Made by a program: the position numbers and the translations under genes. Source: an uncultured Pseudomonadota bacterium (GTDB lineage: Bacteria > Vulcanimicrobiota > Vulcanimicrobiia > Eremiobacterales > Eremiobacteraceae). From it: 64,000 bases of DNA. Within the stretch, counting starts at the first letter, position 1. Every line of letters starts with the position of its first letter. The stretch spans positions 256,001-320,000 of the forward strand of contig CAVTNB010000001.1 of assembly GCA_963736005.1 (NCBI GenBank). The letters run 5' to 3'. Below the pieces are notes generated by a model, which had not been told where the DNA came from, ran no database searches, and saw nothing but the letters and a program-made list of their open reading frames with translations. This document shows, one piece after another, positions 41,810 through 52,430 of this stretch.

Positions 41810-42342
41810 CAGCTTTTCTTCCGGCCATTGGACGTTCGCGAATGAATTCGCGAGACTATATTAGCCTCGGAGGCGGCGCGGCGGCCGTGTGCGATGGCCA
41901 GCGCAAGCGCGTCCGACTCGTCGTCGTGCTCGAACCTGTGCCTCAGCCTGAGCGTCTGCACTACCATGGAAGCGACTTGTTGTTTGCTGGCTGCCCCGGT
42001 GCCTACCAAGGCTCGTTTGACTGCCGTCGCCGAGTAGTGGTAAATGGGCATATCCGCGAGCGCCGCCGCGCAAATGAGCGCGCCGCGGGCGTGACCGATT
42101 AAGATCGCCGTGCGCGGACGAATCGCTTGAGAAAAAACGTCTTCCACGACCATGACGTCCGGGTGCAAGCTTCCGATGATCTCGGCGAGCGTGCGCTGGA
42201 GATCCGCAAGGCGAAGGCCGAGATTTTTCGAGCGAGGCGGTGTGATGATGCCGCCTTCGACGAGACGCACGGATCCAGCGGAAAAGTCTACCACGCCGTA
42301 GCCCGTCTTGTTCAGGCTCGGGTCGATCCCGAGGATTCTCAC
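41809..42342 (-). CDS. ruvC: Crossover junction endodeoxyribonuclease RuvC
   Basis: ILGIDP, GHARG, GxGxAxKxQV, DDESDALALA. Confidence 0.95.
   Translation of the reverse strand: MRILGIDPSLNKTGYGVVDFSAGSVRLVEGGIITPPRSKNLGLRLADLQRTLAEIIGSLHPDVMVVEDVFSQAIRPRTAILIGHARGALICAAALADMPIYHYSATAVKRALVGTGAASKQQVASMVVQTLRLRHRFEHDDESDALALAIAHGRRAASEANIVSRIHSRTSNGRKKS
41836..41859 (-). repeat. REP-like palindrome inside the ruvC 3' coding end
   Basis: Minus strand: ATAGTCTCGCGAATTCATTCGCGA. Confidence 0.65.
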
Positions 42343-44429
42343 TTCGAGGTGCCCAGGAAAATCGTAATCGCCGATCCAGCCGGCACCGATGCTCCAGCAG
42401 CCGGGTCCGTGCGCACGACCCGAGCATTTGGCGGGCTGCCCGGTGCGACCGTTACGCGGATGACGTCCAATGGTGCCTTTGCAAGCGCGCTCTCCGCGTC
42501 AGCGAGGCTCATGCCAAGCACGTTCGGCACGATAATGGGTGCCGCAGGCGTCGCGGGTTGAGCGCTCGCACTTGCTTGCGGCTGCGGCGAAGGAGGCGCT
42601 TGTGCGATGACGATGTCAATGCCCGATCCCTGTGGCGCTTGCGAGTTGGCCGCAGGATGTTGGCCGATGACCGTGCCCGGAGTTGTGTCGGTGACTGCCG
42701 CGTACGCAACGCTGCCAACAGCCAGCCCAGCCTGTTCGATTGCCGTGCGGGCGTCATCGAAGCTTGTGCCGACGACGTTAGGTACGGTCGCCGCGTTGGG
42801 TCCGGCGCTCACGTCGACGGTCACGGTCGACCCGGGCATGGCGTTGCTGCCCCCCAGCGGATCCTGATCGACAATCGTGCGCGCAGGAATGTCCACGCTT
42901 GGCACGATGTTGATCGCAAGTTTGAGGCCGAGCTTTGAAAGCTGCGTTTGCGCGACGTCAACGATGGAAGAGACGACGTTTGGGACCTGTATGAGCTGTG
43001 GTCCGGAGCTTATCGAAACCGTCACAGTTCCGCCTCGGTCCACCGGACTATTCGTGGATGGGTTTGTATGCGCCACCAAACCCTGCTTCACCGGAGAATG
43101 GACGGAGGAACCCAACTTGGCCACAAAGCCAAGCGCGGTCAAGGCAGCCATGGCGCTCTTTTGGTCCTTGCCAACGAGATCTGGGACCAAGACGCGCTGC
43201 GGGCCCGCACTCAAGTACAAGACGATGTGGTCGCCGGGCCGCACGGGCGAGTTGGGCGCCGGATCCGAGCCGTCGATGAGACCCGCGGAGATCGTCGGAT
43301 CTTGCCGCTCAGAAAAGCTCACGGCGTCGATGCCCATGTCGTGCAGCGCCGCAAGCGCTTCAACCTGCGGTTTGCCTGACAAGTCTGGGACGAGCACACC
43401 GCGCGATGCACCTTCGCGAGACGCAACCAGAATCGAAACGATGACGATCGCTGCGACAGCAGCGGCAGCCAATGCAATCGTGCGGCGCGCACTCCACGCG
43501 GGAGCAACCTCGACCACCTCGCTGCGCTGAGCGCTACCCAACCCAAGCGAGCGCCGCCGCAAGATCGCGGTGGACGAATCGCTCCCCGTCTCCTCATCGA
43601 GTTCGGCTCCACCAAGGCGACCGCAATGCCGCAAAGCAGCCAAGGTTTCGCCGGCGCTCTGATAGCGGTCGGCGGGGCTTTTCTGCAACAGTTTCGTGAT
43701 GACGTCGCGAAGCGGAGTGCCGATCTGCGCTCCACAATCCAGCGGATCAGGAATGCTCGAATTCACATGCGCCATTGCCACGCCGAGCGCAGTTTCAGCC
43801 GTGTACGGCTGGCGGCCAGTAACCATTTCAAAGAGCACGACGCCCAAACTGTAGAGATCGGCCGAAGGCGCCAGGGCTGTCCCTGAGAGCTGCTCGGGCG
43901 AGCAGTACGGGATAGACCCCATAATCGCTTCAACGCCTGTGAGGGTCGCCGCATTTGCTGCGCGGGCGATGCCGAAATCTGTCACTCGTACCGTGTCATC
44001 CGGCGTAATCAAGACGTTCGAAGGCTTGATATCGCGATGGAGGAGATCGGCGCGATGAGCAGCGCCAAGCGCGAGGCAGATTTGGCGAGCGTATCGCACG
44101 GCGGCCGCCTCAGGCAGTTTCCCTTCCCTCGAGATAAGGGTTGCGAGGGTTTCGCCAGCAACGAACTCTTCAACGATGTAGTGCGAGCCGTCCACTTCGC
44201 CCACGTCATACGTGTTGACGATATTCGGATGCGAGAGCTTGGCAGCTGCTCGTGCCTCCTCGTAGAAATGCTGCACGAAGGTTTGATCGGCGGCCTGTTG
44301 AGGCCGCAAAACTTTCACTGCGACCTGGCGGCGCAACAACAGGTCGTAGCCGCGGTACACGATGGCCATGCCACCTTGACCGATGACGGCGTCGAGCCGG
44401 TAGCGATTGTTGAGAATCGTGTCAATCAT
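42339..44429 (-). CDS. pknB: PASTA-domain Ser/Thr kinase (PknB/Stk1)
   Basis: GQGGMA, HRDIKP, DFGIA, TM helix, five VP(D/N)xxG-type PASTA-like repeats; start at MIDTILNNRY overlaps the pbpA stop. Confidence 0.93.
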   Translation of the reverse strand: MIDTILNNRYRLDAVIGQGGMAIVYRGYDLLLRRQVAVKVLRPQQAADQTFVQHFYEEARAAAKLSHPNIVNTYDVGEVDGSHYIVEEFVAGETLATLISREGKLPEAAAVRYARQICLALGAAHRADLLHRDIKPSNVLITPDDTVRVTDFGIARAANAATLTGVEAIMGSIPYCSPEQLSGTALAPSADLYSLGVVLFEMVTGRQPYTAETALGVAMAHVNSSIPDPLDCGAQIGTPLRDVITKLLQKSPADRYQSAGETLAALRHCGRLGGAELDEETGSDSSTAILRRRSLGLGSAQRSEVVEVAPAWSARRTIALAAAAVAAIVIVSILVASREGASRGVLVPDLSGKPQVEALAALHDMGIDAVSFSERQDPTISAGLIDGSDPAPNSPVRPGDHIVLYLSAGPQRVLVPDLVGKDQKSAMAALTALGFVAKLGSSVHSPVKQGLVAHTNPSTNSPVDRGGTVTVSISSGPQLIQVPNVVSSIVDVAQTQLSKLGLKLAINIVPSVDIPARTIVDQDPLGGSNAMPGSTVTVDVSAGPNAATVPNVVGTSFDDARTAIEQAGLAVGSVAYAAVTDTTPGTVIGQHPAANSQAPQGSGIDIVIAQAPPSPQPQASASAQPATPAAPIIVPNVLGMSLADAESALAKAPLDVIRVTVAPGSPPNARVVRTDPAAGASVPAGSAITIFLGTSK

Positions 44430-45817
44430 TGATACAAGGGGAGCGCACTGGCCAAAATCGCGCGGGCGATCGGTGCAGCGACAGCGCCTCCATAACCCGA
44501 ATCCTCCACCACGACGGCGACGACCAGGCGCGGCGATTCCGCGGGAGCAAAGCAAACAAACCAGGCGTCGGGGGCACCTCCCGGATGCGTTGCCGTTCCT
44601 GTTTTCCCAGCGACCGTCACGTTCGGCATCTTCGCCGCGGTCCCGGTCCCATACCTTACCACAGCGATCATCAGGTCACGCATCTCGGCTGCTGTTTGCG
44701 CAGAGATGGGTTGTGCCCAGACAACGGGCACGGTGTGAACCGGGAGCTGTCCGCTGGCGCGAATCTCCTTGACGAGCGATGGACGCATCAACACGCCGCC
44801 GTTGGCGATCGTCGCACCGATGAGCGCCATGCGCAGCGGGGTCACCGCGAGGCTGCCCTGCCCAAAGGCCATCTGAGCCAGCTCCGAATCCGAGACCGTG
44901 CTTGCCGCCGGAACGTTGTCTTTGGTCACGGGAACCGCGAGCCCCATATTCTCACCGACGCGGAAGCGGATCAGATATTCGTAAAAGGTGTCGACCCCCA
45001 TGGCGACGCCGATCTGCGCGAAGTCCACGTTGCTTGAGAAGGCAAATGCGCCGGTGAGGGTCTGGGTGCCGGTTGCCTCGCGCTCCGCATTATGGAGCGT
45101 GAAGCCACCGACGTTGAAATAGCCCGGATCATTTAGCGTACTGTCCAGCGTGAACGTGCCGCTGTCGAGAGCTGCGCTAGCCGTAAGCATTTTAAACGTC
45201 GAACCAGGAGGGTACAGGCCGTCCAGCGAGCGGTCCAGCAGCGGTGCGTCCGCGCGGGATCGCAGTTTGCTCCATTGAGCCACGAGCGTATTTGGATCGA
45301 ACGTCGGACGATTGACTGCGGCGAGCACCGCACCGGTTCGAGGGTCTAAGACCAGCGCTGCGCCGCGAATACCGGCCGGCATAGCTTGATCCACGGCTTG
45401 GGCGATATCGCGGCGCAACGTCAAAACGACTTGGCCGCCTGTCGAACGCGTCGCCTTCGTGCGGCGGCTAAAGAGGGATGCCACAGTCGTCGCGTCATCG
45501 GCGGCGCGGGGGGCCAGGATGGCGTCTAAAGCGGCTTCAAGGCCGGACTCGCCGTAAAGGGATGAAGAATAACCTACGATCTGCGCCAGTGCTGGTCCCG
45601 CCGAATAGACGCGGTGTGCTCCCAAGCTTCGCGCGACCGCGACACCTGACGCATCAAGCAGCTCGCCCCGCCCCTGAATGCTCTGAGCGCGCCGTGGATC
45701 TCCAGGCCGATCCAAGATGGCGTTGCGCTCGATGATTTGGACCCGTGCCTGTTGCGCAGCGAGAATAAGAAAAATAACGACGAACGCGATCGTAACGTTG
45801 AGGATGCGGCGACGCAT
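44426..45817 (-). CDS. pbpA: Class B penicillin-binding protein (PbpA-like)
   Basis: PGSTFK, SSN, KTGT motifs; N-terminal TM helix. Confidence 0.88.
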   Translation of the reverse strand: MRRRILNVTIAFVVIFLILAAQQARVQIIERNAILDRPGDPRRAQSIQGRGELLDASGVAVARSLGAHRVYSAGPALAQIVGYSSSLYGESGLEAALDAILAPRAADDATTVASLFSRRTKATRSTGGQVVLTLRRDIAQAVDQAMPAGIRGAALVLDPRTGAVLAAVNRPTFDPNTLVAQWSKLRSRADAPLLDRSLDGLYPPGSTFKMLTASAALDSGTFTLDSTLNDPGYFNVGGFTLHNAEREATGTQTLTGAFAFSSNVDFAQIGVAMGVDTFYEYLIRFRVGENMGLAVPVTKDNVPAASTVSDSELAQMAFGQGSLAVTPLRMALIGATIANGGVLMRPSLVKEIRASGQLPVHTVPVVWAQPISAQTAAEMRDLMIAVVRYGTGTAAKMPNVTVAGKTGTATHPGGAPDAWFVCFAPAESPRLVVAVVVEDSGYGGAVAAPIARAILASALPLYQ

Positions 45818-45821
45818 GCTG

Positions 45822-48800
45822 CTACCTCACGGCCAGGCGCGGTCGCACGTACTCTTGCAGCGAGCACACGTCCAGCGGGCTTTCGCCTTGGGCGGCGAGC
45901 GCAAGCAGGAGTGCTCGCACCGTATCAAGCGATGTGAGGCACACCAAACCGCTCTCGAGTGCAGCATGCCGGATCCGGAAACCGTCTGATTGCGCAAGCG
46001 ACGTCGCTGCGACGTTATTGATCACCAAGTCCACGCCGCCCTCACTGATGAGATCGACGACGTGCGGCGAGCCTTCGGAAATCTTGTTGATGCGATTGGC
46101 CAGAATGCCGCGGTCTGCGAGGTAAGCCCACGTTCCTGGGGTCGCAAAGAGCGCGAAATCCATTTCCGCGAGCGAGCGAGCGATGGGAAGCGCTGCCTCC
46201 TTTTCGTCATCCGCGATGGAGAGCAAAATCCGCCCGCCCGGTGGAGGCAAGGCGATGCCCGTTCCGATGAGCCCGCGAAGGAGCGCTCCGGCATACGTTC
46301 GAGCGATGCCAAGGACCTCACCGGTCGATTTCATTTCTGGGCCGAGCATGGTTTCTATACGACGCAGCTTCGAGAATGAGAAGACCGGAACTTTGACCGC
46401 AACGAAGTCCGGGGGAGGCAACAGCCCGGTTTCTATTCCAAGATCCGCCAACTTCTTGCCAAGCGCAATCGAAGTTGCCGCCGCAACTAAGGGAACTCCC
46501 GTCAACTTCGCAATGATCGGAACGGTCCGGCTCGCGCGCGGATTCGCCTCGATGACAAACAAGTCGTCGTCTTTGACGATGTATTGGACATTAATGAGGC
46601 CGCGGATGCCGAGCTCGGAAGCGAGACGCAAGGTCACGTCAACGATGCGCTGCTGCATGCCGGCCGAGATGGTCTGCGGCGGATACACCGCCATCGAATC
46701 ACCCGAGTGAATGCCGGCGCGCTCGATGTGTTCGAAGATCCCAGGGATGCAGATGTCGACCCCGTCGAAAACGGCGTCTACCTCGACTTCCGTTCCCGCG
46801 ATGTATTTGTCGACGAGCAGCGGCGCCTCGGGTTGGATTGGCGGCGCGCTTTCCGCATATGCCGCAAGTTGCGCCTCGTTGTACACGATCTCCATGCCCC
46901 GACCACCCAGGACGTACGAGGGGCGCACGAGGACGGGGAACCCGATCGAGCGCGCGATCTCACGCGCTTTGCGAAAGGAGAGCGCCGTCTGCCCTGTGGG
47001 CCGCGCGACTCCAAGGCGCTGCAACAACGCGTCAAATTTGCGGCGGTCTTCGGCGAGATCCAACGCTGTTTGGCTCGTTCCCAAAAGCGGCACGCCACGC
47101 GCACCAAGCTCGCGGGCTAAGTTGATGGGCGTCTGCCCGCCAAACATCAAGAGCGTTCCTCTGGCGTTGGTCACGCGAACGGCGTGTTCGACTTCATCGG
47201 CGCAAGGGGGTTCGAAAATCAACACGTCCGAGACGTCGAAATCCGTACTGACAGTTTCTGGATTATTGTTGATCATGACGGAAGCGACTCCCGCATCATG
47301 CAAGGCCCAGGCTGCATGGACGCATGAGTAGTCGAACTCGATGCCTTGACCGATTCGAATCGGACCGCTGCCGACGACCACGACGGAGTCGCGAAGTGGC
47401 CGGCGCAGTTCGTCTTCTTCTCCAACGGTTGCGTAATAATAGGGCGATCGGGCCGGAAACTCTGCGGCAGCCGTGTCCACCATCTTATAGGCCGTGGCCG
47501 AGGCCGGTGTCAGATCTCGCCGGATCGTCTCAAGCTTTCTCCCCGTTAATCGTGCGATGGTCGACTCCGCAAAACCGGCAGCCTTCGCTTCATTGATCAG
47601 GTCGGCGGAAGGCGTGGCGCGCAGACAGGTCTCGACCTCGACCAGCTCCCGCAATTCCCACAGCCAGAAAGGGTCGATGCTCGTGAGCGATGCGAGTTCT
47701 TCCACGCTACGACCGCGGCGCAGACACTCAGCGACGACGAAGAGGCGATCGTGCGTTGGCGTGCGAGCAACATCAGCGAGCTCGTCATCACTCCAGTGCA
47801 GAAATGGCGCTCCGGTCAGGGTGTCGCGCCCAATGTCAAGACCACGCACCGCTTTGAGCAGAGCCGCTCCAAACGTTCGGCCGATAGCCATGACCTCTCC
47901 GGTGGACTTCATCTGCGTGCCCAGGCGAGTATCGGCAAGCGGAAACTTATCGAACGGCCAGCGCGGAATCTTCACGACGCAGTAGTCAAGCGTTGGCTCG
48001 AAGGCTGCCTTGGTCACACCAGTGACGGGATTGGAGAGCTCGGGCAGCTTGTAACCTAACGCGATTTTGGCCGCGACTTTGGCAATAGGGTAGCCGGTCG
48101 CCTTGCTGGCGAGTGCGGACGAGCGGGAGACTCGCGGGTTGACCTCTATGACTTGATAGGCGTCGCTGTGCGGGTCGAGGGCGAATTGAATGTTGCACCC
48201 GCCTTCAACTTTGAGATGGCGGATAATGTTGAGGGCCGCGCTGCGCAACCGCTGGTAATCGCGATCTGAAAGGGTTTGGGAGGGAGCGACGACGATCGAA
48301 TCGCCAGTGTGGATGCCGACTGGATCGACGTTCTCCATGTTGCAGATCGTGATGCAATTGTCGTCGGAGTCGCGGAGAACTTCGTATTCGATTTCCTTCC
48401 AACCCAGCAGAGATGATTCGAGCAGGACTTGATGGATGATGCTGGCAGCGAGTCCCGTTTTGACGGTGTATCGTAGTTCAGTTTCATCGTGCACCGCGCC
48501 GCCGCCCGTGCCGCCGAGGGTATAAGCCGGACGCACGATGAGCGGATAGCCAGCTTCTCGAGCGAAGGCGAGCGCCTGCGAAACGTCCGTGACGATCGCC
48601 GAGCGTGGTACGGGCTCGCCGATGTGATTCATTGCTTCTTTAAAGAGCTTGCGATCCTCCGCTAGTCGGATGGTGCGCAGCGGGGTGCCCAGCAGTCGGA
48701 CCCCGTAACGCTCGAGGGTGCCCCGCTCGGCGAGAGCGACCGCCAGGTTGAGTCCGGTCTGCCCGCCGAGGGTCGCGAGCATCGCATCGGGGCGTTCTCG

Positions 48801-49034
48801 TTCGATGATCGCTTCAACGTACGCTGGGACGAGCGGTTCGAGATAGACCGCATCCGCCATCTCGGGATCGGTCATGATCGTCGCTGGGTTGGAGTTCACC
48901 AAGACGACGCGCACGTTCTCCTCACGAAGCGCGCGGCACGCTTGGACGCCGGCATAGTCGAACTCCGCAGCTTGACCGATAACGATTGGGCCTGATCCAA
49001 CCACGAGCACGCAGCGAATGGCGAGTTCGCTCAT
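45822..49034 (-). CDS. carB: Carbamoyl-phosphate synthase large subunit
   Basis: GSGPIVIGQAAEFDY, NPATIMTD, duplicated ATP-grasp domains, MGS domain; start at MSELAIR. Confidence 0.97.
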   Translation of the reverse strand: MSELAIRCVLVVGSGPIVIGQAAEFDYAGVQACRALREENVRVVLVNSNPATIMTDPEMADAVYLEPLVPAYVEAIIERERPDAMLATLGGQTGLNLAVALAERGTLERYGVRLLGTPLRTIRLAEDRKLFKEAMNHIGEPVPRSAIVTDVSQALAFAREAGYPLIVRPAYTLGGTGGGAVHDETELRYTVKTGLAASIIHQVLLESSLLGWKEIEYEVLRDSDDNCITICNMENVDPVGIHTGDSIVVAPSQTLSDRDYQRLRSAALNIIRHLKVEGGCNIQFALDPHSDAYQVIEVNPRVSRSSALASKATGYPIAKVAAKIALGYKLPELSNPVTGVTKAAFEPTLDYCVVKIPRWPFDKFPLADTRLGTQMKSTGEVMAIGRTFGAALLKAVRGLDIGRDTLTGAPFLHWSDDELADVARTPTHDRLFVVAECLRRGRSVEELASLTSIDPFWLWELRELVEVETCLRATPSADLINEAKAAGFAESTIARLTGRKLETIRRDLTPASATAYKMVDTAAAEFPARSPYYYATVGEEDELRRPLRDSVVVVGSGPIRIGQGIEFDYSCVHAAWALHDAGVASVMINNNPETVSTDFDVSDVLIFEPPCADEVEHAVRVTNARGTLLMFGGQTPINLARELGARGVPLLGTSQTALDLAEDRRKFDALLQRLGVARPTGQTALSFRKAREIARSIGFPVLVRPSYVLGGRGMEIVYNEAQLAAYAESAPPIQPEAPLLVDKYIAGTEVEVDAVFDGVDICIPGIFEHIERAGIHSGDSMAVYPPQTISAGMQQRIVDVTLRLASELGIRGLINVQYIVKDDDLFVIEANPRASRTVPIIAKLTGVPLVAAATSIALGKKLADLGIETGLLPPPDFVAVKVPVFSFSKLRRIETMLGPEMKSTGEVLGIARTYAGALLRGLIGTGIALPPPGGRILLSIADDEKEAALPIARSLAEMDFALFATPGTWAYLADRGILANRINKISEGSPHVVDLISEGGVDLVINNVAATSLAQSDGFRIRHAALESGLVCLTSLDTVRALLLALAAQGESPLDVCSLQEYVRPRLAVR

Positions 49035-50161
49035 GCTTCCGCCGATCTTCGCTTGCGAAGCACGTTGACGAAGTCTGCAAAGAAGTGGTGCGCATCGGCT
49101 GGGCCAGGCGATGCTTCCGGATGAAACTGCACCGACATGATGGGCATCGTTGTGTGCCGCAGCCCTTCGTTCGTACCATCGTTGAGATTGATCATCGTCT
49201 GCTCGACGTCCGCTGGCAGCGACTTCGGGTCGACCGCGTAGCCGTGGTTTTGTGCCGTGATGATCACGTCGCCCGTGCGGCAGTCGAGCACGGGTTGATT
49301 CCCTCCTCGATGGCCATACTTGAGCTTGTAGGTTTTTGCACCGAGCGCTTCGGCAAGCAGCTGGTGTCCAAGGCAAATGCCGAACATGGGCAGGGTTCCG
49401 CGCGTTATCGTCTGGCGCAATGTCTGAACCACGCGCTCCAGCTCGGCAGGATCGCCCGGGCCGTTGCTGATGACGAGGCCTTCGAGCCCGAGTTCCAGCA
49501 GATGCTCGCTCGTCGAATCGAACGGTACCTCGACAACCTGCACGCCCTGCTCTGCGAGAGAGCGCGCAATGTTCTCCTTGGTTCCGCAGTCGAGCAACCC
49601 GACGCGAATCGGCCCGTCACCGTGGACTTCCTGCGTGCGTACGGAAACCGACCTGACCAATGCGGGCGTGTCCAAAGGCTGGCGCAGGTAACTTGCGAGT
49701 TCGGCAGGCGCTCGGGCGATCGCAGTCTCGCCTACCGCGAGGACCGAGGGCATGGTGCCGGCTTCGCGCAATCGCGTCACGAGCGCGCGCGTGTCGATAC
49801 CTTCGATGGCTCGCACCTTGCTCTCGTCAAGCCACTCCGGCAGCGTTCCGCAGCTGCGATGGTGGCTCGGATGGCGGCTGACCCGTTTGAACACCGCGCC
49901 GGCCGCACAGATGGTTTTATGTTGGCGGACGCTTCGGTCGAGCCCGTAGTTGCCGATGAGCGGATACGTAAACACAAGAATTTGGCCAGCGTAGGACGGA
50001 TCCGTCAGCGCTTCTTCATAGCCCGTCATGCAGGTATTGAAAACGGCTTCTCCCCGAGAGATGCCGTCTGGTCCAATGCCGATGCCCTTGTAGGTGGTTC
50101 CATCTTTGAGCAGCAGTGCTGCCGGTCGCGAATGAATTCGCGTCGCTACATTTTCGCTCAC
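49031..50161 (-). CDS. carA: Carbamoyl-phosphate synthase small subunit
   Basis: TDPSY, SNGPGDP, GICLGHQ, QFHPEASPGP. Confidence 0.97.
   Translation of the reverse strand: MSENVATRIHSRPAALLLKDGTTYKGIGIGPDGISRGEAVFNTCMTGYEEALTDPSYAGQILVFTYPLIGNYGLDRSVRQHKTICAAGAVFKRVSRHPSHHRSCGTLPEWLDESKVRAIEGIDTRALVTRLREAGTMPSVLAVGETAIARAPAELASYLRQPLDTPALVRSVSVRTQEVHGDGPIRVGLLDCGTKENIARSLAEQGVQVVEVPFDSTSEHLLELGLEGLVISNGPGDPAELERVVQTLRQTITRGTLPMFGICLGHQLLAEALGAKTYKLKYGHRGGNQPVLDCRTGDVIITAQNHGYAVDPKSLPADVEQTMINLNDGTNEGLRHTTMPIMSVQFHPEASPGPADAHHFFADFVNVLRKRRSAEA
50126..50149 (-). repeat. REP-like palindrome inside the carA 5' coding end
   Basis: Minus strand: GTAGCGACGCGAATTCATTCGCGA, read as VATRIHSR. Confidence 0.7.
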
Positions 50162-51504
50162 CTAGGCACGCTTTTCTGTAGCAGCGGACCTTTCAGTGCA
50201 TTTACTCCCTCGCGCATGATGACATGACCGCTCACCACAGTGAGCGCTGGCTTCACAGCAAAGGTCATGCCGTCGAAGGGCGTCACCCGCCCTCTCGAAC
50301 GGAAACGGTCAGGTTCGACCTTCCAGGGACGCTGCAAATACAGTCCCGTCATATCGGCTGGTGATCCCGGCGCGAGCGTTCCGCCGCGAACGCCCAGCAA
50401 CGCAGCAGGATTGGTCGAGAAGTTTGCGACCATCGTGACGAGCGATAGGTCGGCAAGCGCGTGGAAGGTAGCGCCAACCGCAACCTCGAGTCCGGTGAAT
50501 CCAACGCAGGCATGGGCAAGTGGAGCATCTTTGTCGGAGTTGGTGTGGGGCGCATGATCGCTTGCAAAGATCGTAATGACACCTTCCGCCACCGCTCTAC
50601 GAACTGACGCTACATCGGCTGCCGATCGAAGTGGGGGATTCACGCGATTCCGACCCTCAAACCCGTCGAGGAGTTCCTCCGTGAGCTGCAAGTGGTGGGG
50701 CGTCACTTCCGCCGTCACATTGATGTTAGATGCGCGTGCCCACCGGAGCACTTCAACTGTTTGGGCGGCGCTGACGTGGCAGAGGTGCCACGCTTTTCCC
50801 GTCGCCTGGGCTACGAGGATGTCGCGTGCGGCGATGGCAGCCTCCGCAACGGCTGGCGTCCCGGGAAGGCCTAGCTTGTCGCTTACGGTGCCGTCATGCA
50901 TGACAGCGTCGGAAAAAGTAGCATCTTCACAATGCGAGAGAAACGGTTGGCGCAGGTCTGCAGCGTAGCGAGCTGCGTTGTAGAGCGTTTTGAGCGAACG
51001 CGTCGCTGCACCATCATCGGAGAAGGCAACCGCTCCCGCAGCAGCCATGCCGCGCAGTGGGGCGATCTTCTGTCCTTCGCGACCGACCGAGATCGCGCCA
51101 ATCGCATAACAGTGCGGACCTCCCAAGGCCGCCGCGCCTTGCAGCAAGCGCGAGACCTCCTCCGGCGAGTCGATGGGTGGACGCGTGTTGGGCATGACCG
51201 CAACGGCAGTAAAGCCTCCCGCCGCGGCTGCGGCGAGGCCTGTGGCGAGGGTCTCTTTCTGGTTGTCGCCAGGCTCTCGGAAGTGAACGTGCGGATCGAT
51301 GAAGCCTGGACACAAAACCATGCCCGCACAGTCGATGCGTTCGCAATCGGCATCGGCCGACGCGGGTGCGCCCTCGAGCAGTGCTGCGACGATCCCCCGC
51401 CTGACCACAACCGTACGAATCGCATCGAGTCCCGTCGCCGGATCGATAACGCGCGCACCGACGAAATCGCGGTTGCCGCTGCGATCGTCGTTGCTTGCAA
51501 TCAT
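50158..51504 (-). CDS. pyrC: Dihydroorotase
   Basis: DPHVHFREPG, MPNT, EVTPHHL, VNPPLR, SDHAPH. Confidence 0.95.
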   Translation of the reverse strand: MIASNDDRSGNRDFVGARVIDPATGLDAIRTVVVRRGIVAALLEGAPASADADCERIDCAGMVLCPGFIDPHVHFREPGDNQKETLATGLAAAAAGGFTAVAVMPNTRPPIDSPEEVSRLLQGAAALGGPHCYAIGAISVGREGQKIAPLRGMAAAGAVAFSDDGAATRSLKTLYNAARYAADLRQPFLSHCEDATFSDAVMHDGTVSDKLGLPGTPAVAEAAIAARDILVAQATGKAWHLCHVSAAQTVEVLRWARASNINVTAEVTPHHLQLTEELLDGFEGRNRVNPPLRSAADVASVRRAVAEGVITIFASDHAPHTNSDKDAPLAHACVGFTGLEVAVGATFHALADLSLVTMVANFSTNPAALLGVRGGTLAPGSPADMTGLYLQRPWKVEPDRFRSRGRVTPFDGMTFAVKPALTVVSGHVIMREGVNALKGPLLQKSVPR

Positions 51505-52430
51505 GCCACTCTCTCCCGCGTGGACGAACTCATGCTGCGCTCAAGCGATGCCATGCGAACGTAGACGCCATTTTCCACTTGGCGCTCGATGCGGCTGCGC
51601 TCGTTGCGCACGAGCGAGCCGTCGAGCTCGAGTCCGCGGTTCACGGGCCCTGGGTGCATGACGATGGCGTGCGGTGGCAACAGCTGTGCTCTGGCAGCGG
51701 TGAGACCGTACAATCGCGCCAAGTCTTCGGATGGCGGCATATCCTCGCCCGACGCTCGCTCCCTTTGGATGCGCAGCAGCATGACCGCATCCGCGTTGGG
51801 TAGGACGCTATCGAAGTCGCTCGTGAGTTCAGCAACCCCCCACCCGGGCGAAGCGTGCGGCAACAGTGCGGGAGGTCCGCACAAGACGACCGAGGCGCCC
51901 AACAGCGTTACCGCCATGGCGGTTGAACGCGCCACACGGCTATGTTTGATATCACCGCTGATGACGAGTCGCCGACCTGCGAGGTCACCGAACTCTTCCA
52001 CCAAGGTCATCGCGTCGAGCAAGCCTTGGGTTGGATGAGCGTGCGCGCCGTCGCCTGCGTTGTGCACCGATCCCTCAAAATAACGCGCGAGAGCATGAGG
52101 GAATCCGGCTTCGGGGTGGCGGACCACGATCGCGTCTGCGCCGATAGCGCGGACCGTTCGCATCGTGTCCTCAAGGGATTCGCCTTTTATCAGCGACGAA
52201 GCATCGGTACGAAAATCAATCCACGTTGCGCCCAGCCTTTGCGCGGCGACGTTGAAGCTGGTCGTGGTGCGCGTGCTCGGTTCGAAGAACATCCCCATGA
52301 CGATCTTGCCGCGCAGTCGAATCCCCTCGTTGGGCACTCCCGCTTTGAACTGCCGGGCACGCGCGATCAATGCCTCGATGAACGGCCGATCTGCGTCATC
52401 GAGGTCGAGGAGATGTCTTGTCTTGGTCAC
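51501..52430 (-). CDS. pyrB: Aspartate carbamoyltransferase catalytic subunit
   Basis: FFEPSTRT, NAGDG, HPTQ, HSRV, MHPGP. Confidence 0.96.
   Translation of the reverse strand: MTKTRHLLDLDDADRPFIEALIARARQFKAGVPNEGIRLRGKIVMGMFFEPSTRTTTSFNVAAQRLGATWIDFRTDASSLIKGESLEDTMRTVRAIGADAIVVRHPEAGFPHALARYFEGSVHNAGDGAHAHPTQGLLDAMTLVEEFGDLAGRRLVISGDIKHSRVARSTAMAVTLLGASVVLCGPPALLPHASPGWGVAELTSDFDSVLPNADAVMLLRIQRERASGEDMPPSEDLARLYGLTAARAQLLPPHAIVMHPGPVNRGLELDGSLVRNERSRIERQVENGVYVRMASLERSMSSSTRERVA

Noticed and set aside
48986..50227. 413-aa plus-strand ORF and similar long antisense ORFs
   Set aside because: Antisense shadows of conserved genes (here carA), expected in GC-rich DNA.
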